Shown here: positions 19,366 to 25,786 of the stretch, piece by piece
How positions within the stretch are numbered: position 1 is the first letter of the stretch
Layout: the number at the start of each line of letters is the position of its first letter
DNA from: Acidobacteriota bacterium
GTDB lineage: Bacteria; Acidobacteriota; Terriglobia; Acidiferrales; UBA7541
NCBI GenBank assembly: GCA_013286165.1
Contig: JABDGF010000002.1
Location: forward strand, 30,501 to 94,500
Length of the DNA stretch: 64,000 nucleotides
Reading direction: 5' to 3'
The notes under the pieces: model-generated
Databases searched by the model: none
What the model saw: the letters and a program-made list of their open reading frames with translations, nothing else
What the model was told of the DNA's origin: nothing
Translations under genes and position numbers: made by a program

Positions 19366-19469
19366 CGACCGCGGCGCCGCATAACCTGCCCGGTCCTGCC
19401 CTGTAGGCGGGGCCGTCCGTTGCAGGTGCCGATGTTTGAGCGAACGCACGTTGCGGTACAATCCGCGCC

Positions 19470-21188
19470 ATGAAACGATCCCGCGTTGTAACGCGCCTCG
19501 GCTCGGTCGCTATTTCGGCTGCGATTCTCGTCGCGCCGGTCATTCTTAAATCGCAATCGCCCGCCAGCTTCGACGTCCTTATTAAAAATGGCCACATCCT
19601 CGACGGCACCGGCAGCCCGTGGTACGCCGCCGACGTGGGTATCCGCGGCGACCGCATCGTCGCCATCGGAAGGCTAGGTGATGCGCGCGCCGCGAAAACG
19701 ATCGATGCGCAGGGATTGATCGTCGCGCCGGGCTTCATCGACATGCTCGGCCAATCCGAAATGTCGCTGCTGATCGACAACCGGTCGCTCAGCAAACTCT
19801 CGCAGGGAATCACGACGGAAATCACCGGTGAAGGCGGATCGATCGCGCCGCAGGACGCGAAGACGATTGCGTCGATGCAGCCGGTGCTCGATTACTTCCA
19901 CCTCACCGTAGACTGGACCACGCTCGACGGCTACTTCGCGCGGCTCGCGAAAAAAGGCACGCCGATCAACATCGGGACGTACGTGGGCGCCGCGCAGGTT
20001 CGCGAAGCGGTGATCGGCGACGACAACCGCGCGCCCACGCCTGAGGAACTGGAACAAATGAAAGCTCACGTGGCGCAGGCGATGAAAGACGGCGCGATGG
20101 GCCTTTCCACTTCGCTGATTTATCCGCCGGGAATTTACGCGAAGACGGACGAGCTGATCGCGCTCGCGAAAGTGGCGTCAGAGTACGGCGGCCTTTACGC
20201 GTCTCACATGCGCAGCGAAGGCGCGACGGAATCTGAAGCGCTCGACGAAGCGATTCGCATTGGCCGTGAAGCGAATCTTCCCGTCGAGATTTTCCACATG
20301 AAGGTGAGCGGCAAGCCGCGCTGGGGCGACATGCCGAAAGTGGTGGAGAAAATTGAGGCGGCGCGCGCGTCGGGGCTCGACATTCGCGCTGACCAGTATC
20401 CTTACATCGCCGGCGGCACTTCGCTTGCCGCGTCGATGCCGCCGTGGGCTGCTGACGGCGGAAACGAAAAGCTAGTGGCGCGACTGCACGATCCGCAGAC
20501 GCGCGAGAAAATCAAACAGGATCTGGCCACCGATCACAAAGATTGGGAAAACCTTTATTTCGACGTCGGCGGCGGCTCGGGAGTCATGATTTCGAGCGTC
20601 CTCGCGCCCGACCTAAAAAAATACACGGGGCAGACGATCGCGGAAGTGGCGAAAGCGCAAGGGAAGCCGGAACTCGACGCGCTGTTTGATTTCATCATCG
20701 CGGACAACGCGCAGACTGGTGCGCTCTACTTCATGGCGAGCGAAGCCGACCTGACGTACGGGATGAAGCAGGCGTGGACGTCGATCGGGCTTGATGCGGG
20801 AGAGGCGTCGCTCGATGGGCCGCTGTACGAGGCGCACACGCATCCGCGCGAATGGGGTTCGATGCCGCGTTTCCTGGGGCACTACGTTCGCGACGAACAT
20901 TTGCTACCGCTCGATCAGGCCATCCGCAAAATCACGTCGATGCCTGCGACCCGCGAACACCTCACCGACCGAGGGCAGATTCGAGTGGGCGCATATGCCG
21001 ACGTGGCAGTGTTCAATGCCGACACAATCATCGACCGCGCGACGTACGCTGAGCCGGCGAAACTATCGGAAGGCGTGAGCTACGTTTTTGTAAACGGCAA
21101 GCTGGAATACGACAACGGGAAGCTGACGGGAGAGACGGCAGGACGCCCGATGCGCGGCCCGGGATACACGGGCGCTGCGTCACATTAA
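19470..21188 (+). CDS. Secreted N-acyl-D-amino-acid deacylase (D-aminoacylase, amidohydrolase superfamily)
   Basis: 572 aa with a signal peptide. Motifs DVLIKNGHILDGTGSP, GFIDMLGQSE, SHMRSEG and VFNADTIIDRATY. Confidence 0.85.
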   Translation: MKRSRVVTRLGSVAISAAILVAPVILKSQSPASFDVLIKNGHILDGTGSPWYAADVGIRGDRIVAIGRLGDARAAKTIDAQGLIVAPGFIDMLGQSEMSLLIDNRSLSKLSQGITTEITGEGGSIAPQDAKTIASMQPVLDYFHLTVDWTTLDGYFARLAKKGTPINIGTYVGAAQVREAVIGDDNRAPTPEELEQMKAHVAQAMKDGAMGLSTSLIYPPGIYAKTDELIALAKVASEYGGLYASHMRSEGATESEALDEAIRIGREANLPVEIFHMKVSGKPRWGDMPKVVEKIEAARASGLDIRADQYPYIAGGTSLAASMPPWAADGGNEKLVARLHDPQTREKIKQDLATDHKDWENLYFDVGGGSGVMISSVLAPDLKKYTGQTIAEVAKAQGKPELDALFDFIIADNAQTGALYFMASEADLTYGMKQAWTSIGLDAGEASLDGPLYEAHTHPREWGSMPRFLGHYVRDEHLLPLDQAIRKITSMPATREHLTDRGQIRVGAYADVAVFNADTIIDRATYAEPAKLSEGVSYVFVNGKLEYDNGKLTGETAGRPMRGPGYTGAASH

Positions 21189-21192
21189 AGTC

Positions 21193-21247
21193 GAACGCCG
21201 CCGTGCTACCGCGAATTCGCGGCAAACAAGGCGGCGTTTTCATTTTC
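21193..21247. terminator. Bidirectional rho-independent terminator between convergent genes
   Basis: Stem GAACGCCGCC (21193-21202) / GGCGGCGTT (21230-21238) enclosing an inner palindrome CCGCGAATTCGCGG, followed by TTTTCATTTT. Lies between the D-aminoacylase stop and the DUF892 stop. Confidence 0.6.
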
Positions 21248-21269
21248 ACATCAGCAGCAGAACGGCAGA

Positions 21270-21830
21270 CTACCGGCCTGCCTTCGCCTTCATCACGCGA
21301 GGACGTTCAGTTTCCTGTTCAGAATCATTGTCCTCCGACGCCCCGTTCGCTTCCGCGTTGATTTCGGCTGCGAGTTCGGTGAGCTTTTCGTCCGTCTCCT
21401 GCTCTTCGTCGAGAGTTTCGGTCAAAAGATTCACTGCATCCGTCTCACCGAGCAATTCAGCGAACGAGCGAACGCCCGAGTAGCCGGCCATTTCGTAGTG
21501 CTCCACGCGACGAGCGGCAGCGATCAGGTCGGAGTCCTTCACGGCGCCTTCGAAATCGCTTTCGATGGCTTCGCCGCCCTCGGCCACAAGCCCTTCCATT
21601 GCCTTGCACTTCTGTCCTGTGGGCTTTTCGCCGAGTGCTTCGAAGATCTTTTCGAGCCGCTGTGCGTGGCCGCGCGTCTGTTCGAGATGTTCTTCGAAGC
21701 CGCCGCGAAGCTGTTCGTTGGTTGCCGCTTTCGCCATTTTCGGCAGAGCCTTGATGAGCTGCTGCTCGGCGTTATAGAGGTCCCGCAATTGTTCTAAATA
21801 AAGGTCCCGGAATGTTTCTTGCTGTGCCAT
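21270..21830 (-). CDS. Ferritin-like DUF892 (YciE/YciF) family protein
   Basis: 186 aa. LYLEQLRDLYNAEQQLIKALPKMA..EEHLEQTRGHAQRLE, with an acidic C-terminal tail. Confidence 0.85.
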   Translation of the reverse strand: MAQQETFRDLYLEQLRDLYNAEQQLIKALPKMAKAATNEQLRGGFEEHLEQTRGHAQRLEKIFEALGEKPTGQKCKAMEGLVAEGGEAIESDFEGAVKDSDLIAAARRVEHYEMAGYSGVRSFAELLGETDAVNLLTETLDEEQETDEKLTELAAEINAEANGASEDNDSEQETERPRVMKAKAGR

Positions 21831-22055
21831 GAATGCCTCCCAATCGGATGAAGTACGCTACACAGATCGAGAATAGGGAAGCGGCGCGATGCGAGCTATC
21901 GGGCGAATGGACTAACCTTTGAGCAAGAATCCCTTAATCGAGGAGGCGCAAACCTCTAGTTTGTGGCGGCTACGCGGCGAAAATTCGCGTCGCGCGCGGG
22001 CAAGATGCTATTCTCTCGGCTCGAAATTTCTCGACTGCTCGTGAAATGGCGTGAA

Positions 22056-22706
22056 ATGAGCACAGAACACCACGAACCCATCGATCGAGGCGCAATCGGC
22101 CTCAGCCGCCTGATCAACATCAGCGATGGCGTGTTCGCGGTCGCAATGACGTTTCTCGCATTCACGATCCGGCTGCCAGCCATCGCGCCTGATACTGTGC
22201 GGCCGCCTTTCAGCCAGACGCTCGCGCAGATGTTGCCTCAGATTTATATGGTGGGAATTGCCTTCGTTGCGTGCGCGCGATTCTGGGTAATTCACTTGCG
22301 GATTTTTTCGTTCATGAGGCGCGCCGACGGCGCGGTAACGGGATTGAATTTGATCGGCCTGCTGACGCTCGTGCTGCTGCCGATTTCTGGAGATTTCGTC
22401 GCTGCCTATTCGCAAGAGCCGATCGCGGTGGCGCTTTTTGCAGCGAACATGGCACTGATCGGCGGGGCGAATATGGCCATCTGGGTGGTCGCGAGCCGCC
22501 GCGGATTGCTGAACGAGAGTGCGACACGCCGCGATGTGCGCGACGGCCACTGGCTGGGCGGGCTTTCTACGGGAGTTTTCGTCCTATCCATTCCAATGTG
22601 TTTCGTGAACGTCAAGGCTGCGAAAGCGATGTGGCTGGCGATGATCCTTATTATCTTCATGTATCGCACTGTGGAAGAACACAAGCACAAGCCCGCAAAG
22701 GCCTGA
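22056..22706 (+). CDS. TMEM175-family potassium channel (DUF1211)
   Basis: Signature RLINISDGVFAVAMTFLAF and about six hydrophobic spans. ATG 22056 preferred over track start 21963. Confidence 0.75.
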   Translation: MSTEHHEPIDRGAIGLSRLINISDGVFAVAMTFLAFTIRLPAIAPDTVRPPFSQTLAQMLPQIYMVGIAFVACARFWVIHLRIFSFMRRADGAVTGLNLIGLLTLVLLPISGDFVAAYSQEPIAVALFAANMALIGGANMAIWVVASRRGLLNESATRRDVRDGHWLGGLSTGVFVLSIPMCFVNVKAAKAMWLAMILIIFMYRTVEEHKHKPAKA

Positions 22707-22982
22707 AAACGGCCCGTTTCGCGCTTCCAGAAGTGCAATAGCACTCTGCACACGACCCCCGTTCCTTCTATCTAACGCTTGACCTCGCTACCCCTATCAT
22801 TACTGAAGAGTCCTACCCGCACGCTCGATGCGGTTACTGAACGGTAAGTCCCGATCGCGGATATTTGTCTTTCCGCATCAGGCAACGTAGCCGATGTGCA
22901 CATCGAAAGCGGTTTGCGGTTGGGATTGGCCGGCGTGTTAGGCACACGACGGCGGTAGAAATCAGGCGATCAGGACACTAAC

Positions 22983-23276
22983 TTGGGAAACTCACCGGAA
23001 GCCCGCGTACGCCGCAGTTCAAATGTTGTCTCCCGCGTAGTCGCTGATGAAGCGATCGTGATTCCAATTCGCCGAGGCGCGGCGGATATGGATTCGATTT
23101 TCACGTTCAACGAAACGGGGACCAAGCTTTGGTCGCTCATCGCAGAAGGCCAGAGTCCGGAAGCACTGGCGGCGCACCTCGAGGGGGAGTACGGGCTTTC
23201 GCCGCAGCGAGCTGCAAACGACGCGGCAGCATTTATCGGTGAGCTCAAGCTGGAAGGATTGGTCGAATCCGTTTAG
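22983..23276 (+). CDS. PqqD-family peptide chaperone (RiPP recognition element)
   Basis: 97 aa with a TTG start (AGGA 8 nt upstream). PqqD-like layout FTFNETGTKLWSLIAEGQSPEALAAHLEGEYGLSPQRAANDAAAFIGELKLEGLV. Confidence 0.8.
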   Translation: MGNSPEARVRRSSNVVSRVVADEAIVIPIRRGAADMDSIFTFNETGTKLWSLIAEGQSPEALAAHLEGEYGLSPQRAANDAAAFIGELKLEGLVESV

Positions 23277-23317
23277 CTCGACGTTTTGTTTGAACCCTGC
23301 AGGGGCAGGGACTTGGG

Positions 23318-24610
23318 ATGAACGAACAAACTTACGCCGCATTCAGCAGCGGCCTTCACAGCCGCTACTTTGGAAAACGCTCGCCGGTCGAAGTGTCGAT
23401 CGAGCTGACGCGCCGTTGCCCGCTGGAATGCAAGCACTGCTACAACAATCTTCCGATGGCGGACGCCGCCGCTCGCAAGGGCGAGTTGACGTTTGCGGAG
23501 TACCGCCGCCTGCTCGACGAACTCGTGGAAGAAGGCTGCCTGTGGATCTGCTTCACCGGCGGCGAGATTTTCGCACGCGCCGATTTCCTGGACATCTACC
23601 AATACGCAAAAAATAAGGGCTTCCTGATCACGCTGTTCACCAACGGCACGATGGTGACCGAGCGGATTGCGAATTTTCTGGCCGAATGGCGGCCGTTCGC
23701 GATTGAAATCACTTTGTACGGCGCGACCAAAGAAACGTATGAAGCGCTGACACAAATTCCCGGCTCGTACGCGAAATGCATGCGCGGCATTCGCATGCTG
23801 AAGGAACGCGGGCTGCCGCTAAAGCTCAAGACGGTTCCCACGACAATCAACCGCCATGAAGTTTTCGAGATGAAGCGCATGGCGGAAGAGGATTTCGGCG
23901 TCGAATTCAAATTCGATCCGCTGGTGAATCCGCGCATTGACTGCTCGCAGAGTCCCGTGGAAGTACGGCTCGCGCCGGAAGAAGTGGTGGCGCTCGATTT
24001 CCACGACCCGAAGCGCGAACGCGACTACGGCAATTTGCTCGCGCGTGATATGGCGAAGCCGGTGACGCCGGGCGATGGGCAGGTTTACACCTGCGGCGGC
24101 GGCGTGACGGCGTTTGCGATCGATCCTGAGGGGCGCATGAGCATCTGCGTGCTCTCGCATAAGCAGACGTACGACTGGCGCAATGGCTCGGTTCACGAAG
24201 GATGGAACGATTTTCTGTGGCGCACGCGCACGCAGCCGAAGACACGCGCAACGAAGTGCGATTCGTGCCGGATCAAGTCGCTGTGCAGCATGTGCGCGGC
24301 GAACGGCGAGCTGGAGAATGGTGACGCCGAATCGCCGGTGGATTTCCTCTGCGAAGTGGCGCACCTGCGCGCGATGACGCTCGGCACGGAAATTCCAGCG
24401 CACGGCGATTGCGAATGCTGCAAAGGCGGCACGTCGTACGAACCCCTGCGGCGCTCGTCGGAAAAGATCCGGAATCGGCAAATTGATGTTGGTAGTTGGA
24501 CTCCCGCAATTCCCACCGTTGCTGCAACGCTGCTTCCGATCATCTCGGATGCGGGATCTTGCGGCTCAGCCCCCGGTGGCGGCTGCGGATCCTGTGGATC
24601 ACACAGATAA
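23318..24610 (+). CDS. Radical SAM/SPASM-domain peptide-modifying enzyme
   Basis: 430 aa. CPLECKHC (Cys codons 23417, 23429, 23438). SPASM-type cysteines YTCGGG..MSIC..KCDSCRIKSLCSMC..FLCEVAH. An extra 68-aa Cys/Gly/Ser-rich tail. Confidence 0.9.
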   Translation: MNEQTYAAFSSGLHSRYFGKRSPVEVSIELTRRCPLECKHCYNNLPMADAAARKGELTFAEYRRLLDELVEEGCLWICFTGGEIFARADFLDIYQYAKNKGFLITLFTNGTMVTERIANFLAEWRPFAIEITLYGATKETYEALTQIPGSYAKCMRGIRMLKERGLPLKLKTVPTTINRHEVFEMKRMAEEDFGVEFKFDPLVNPRIDCSQSPVEVRLAPEEVVALDFHDPKRERDYGNLLARDMAKPVTPGDGQVYTCGGGVTAFAIDPEGRMSICVLSHKQTYDWRNGSVHEGWNDFLWRTRTQPKTRATKCDSCRIKSLCSMCAANGELENGDAESPVDFLCEVAHLRAMTLGTEIPAHGDCECCKGGTSYEPLRRSSEKIRNRQIDVGSWTPAIPTVAATLLPIISDAGSCGSAPGGGCGSCGSHR

Positions 24611-24626
24611 AGAGGGCCCGCGAATT

Positions 24627-24833
24627 ATGAGTGAAGAAAAAAACAACCACGCAGGACACGGCGACTCGGTCGCGGCGGCGAAGTCTGAACCGTCGGCGTA
24701 CGAGCCACCGAAGATGATCCGCGTCAGTCTGCGCCCGGAAGAAGCCGTCCTGGGTCACTGCAAGATTCCCGGTTCGGCCGGGCCGGTCAGCGCGAGCTGC
24801 ACGGCCACCACGTGTCAATCGTTTGGATCGTGA
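24627..24833 (+). CDS. Candidate RiPP precursor peptide (68 aa)
   Basis: MSEEKNNHAGHGDSVAAAKSEPSAYEPPKMIRVSLRPEEAVLGHCKIPGSAGPVSASCTATTCQSFGS. The ATG is 16 nt after the rSAM stop, with AAGAGGG at 24610-24616. Charged Cys-free N-terminal part; C-terminal 25 aa hold all 3 Cys and end in Ser. Confidence 0.7.
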   Translation: MSEEKNNHAGHGDSVAAAKSEPSAYEPPKMIRVSLRPEEAVLGHCKIPGSAGPVSASCTATTCQSFGS

Positions 24834-25786
24834 TCGCTGCGCCAATGATCGCTACTGACTCCATTCTCGAACTGTCTGCCGCGAATCGCACGCGCACGCG
24901 GTTTGCCGCGCGCATCGGCGGAATCACGCTCGGCGTCACGTCCGGCCACGCAAATCTTTCGATCGTTCCCGATTCTGAATTGAGCAAGTTTCTGATTCCG
25001 GACCAGCGCTGCGACATCGAGTGCACGGCGCGCTTTGTCCGCGAGGTGACGGATTTTAGCGGCGAGCTGGTTTTCGATTCCGGCGGACTGTGGAAGCTCT
25101 ATCGCAATTCCGGCGGCTACTGCTTCCGCTTCGCGACAAGCTTTTTGGGCGACGCGCCGTACAAACAGGCGATCGTCTCGCCGGATTTCACGAAAGTGCG
25201 TATCGATTTGGTGGAGCGCTTCTACGACTCGTCCAAACCCTGGAATCCGCTGGAATATCCGCTCGACGAATTGTTGTGGATTCACCGCCTCTCGACGAAA
25301 CAGGGCGTCGAGATGCACGGCTGCGGCGTGATCACGCCGGACGGTCGAGGTTTTCTGCTCACGGGTCATTCGGGAGCGGGCAAGAGCACTTCCGCGCGCA
25401 TGTGGGCGCGCAATCCTGAGACGCGCGTACTGAGCGACGACCGCATCATCCTGCGCGCAGAAGGCAATCGCATCTGGATGTACGGCACGCCGTGGCACGG
25501 CGACGCCGGCATCGCCGAAGCCGACCGTTTCCCGCTGGACGGAATTTTCGTGCTCGAGCACGGCACGGAGAATCGGTTGCAGCCTCTCAGTGCCACGAAA
25601 GCGTCCGCCGAACTTTTCGCGCGCAGCTTCGTGCCGCATCACTCGGTTGCGGGCCTCAATTACGTTTTGGAATTCTTCGACCACCTCACGTCGCTCGTTC
25701 CATGCCATTCGTTCTCATTCGTGCCGAACGCCACTGCCGTGGAGGCGCTGCTTGGATCAAGCACCGGAAAAATCGCAGCGGCGTGA
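24812..25786 (+). CDS. HPr-kinase-like P-loop protein (putative peptide Ser kinase)
   Basis: MHGCGVITPDGRGFLLTGHSGAGKSTSARMW..VLSDDRIIL mirrors the HprK C-terminal domain (P-loop nt 25364-25390). Start ambiguous: GTG 24812, GTG 24830 (GTGA overlap with the peptide stop) or ATG 24845. Confidence 0.75.
   Translation: MSIVWIVIAAPMIATDSILELSAANRTRTRFAARIGGITLGVTSGHANLSIVPDSELSKFLIPDQRCDIECTARFVREVTDFSGELVFDSGGLWKLYRNSGGYCFRFATSFLGDAPYKQAIVSPDFTKVRIDLVERFYDSSKPWNPLEYPLDELLWIHRLSTKQGVEMHGCGVITPDGRGFLLTGHSGAGKSTSARMWARNPETRVLSDDRIILRAEGNRIWMYGTPWHGDAGIAEADRFPLDGIFVLEHGTENRLQPLSATKASAELFARSFVPHHSVAGLNYVLEFFDHLTSLVPCHSFSFVPNATAVEALLGSSTGKIAAA

Noticed and set aside
24483-24626. N-terminal 48 codons of track ORF 24483-24833 (116 aa)
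   Set aside because: They overlap the rSAM 3' end in another frame and have no RBS. The internal ATG 24627 has an RBS and starts just after the rSAM stop.
25590-25751. ATG 25590 as the start of the 2381-aa ORF given in the track
   Set aside because: It would overlap the HprK-like gene by 197 nt, and the extra 54 aa (MPRKRPPNFSRAASCRITRL...) are Arg/Ser-rich out-of-frame read-through of that gene. TTG 25752 has a GGAGG RBS at the right spacing and precedes the recognisable peptidase domain.
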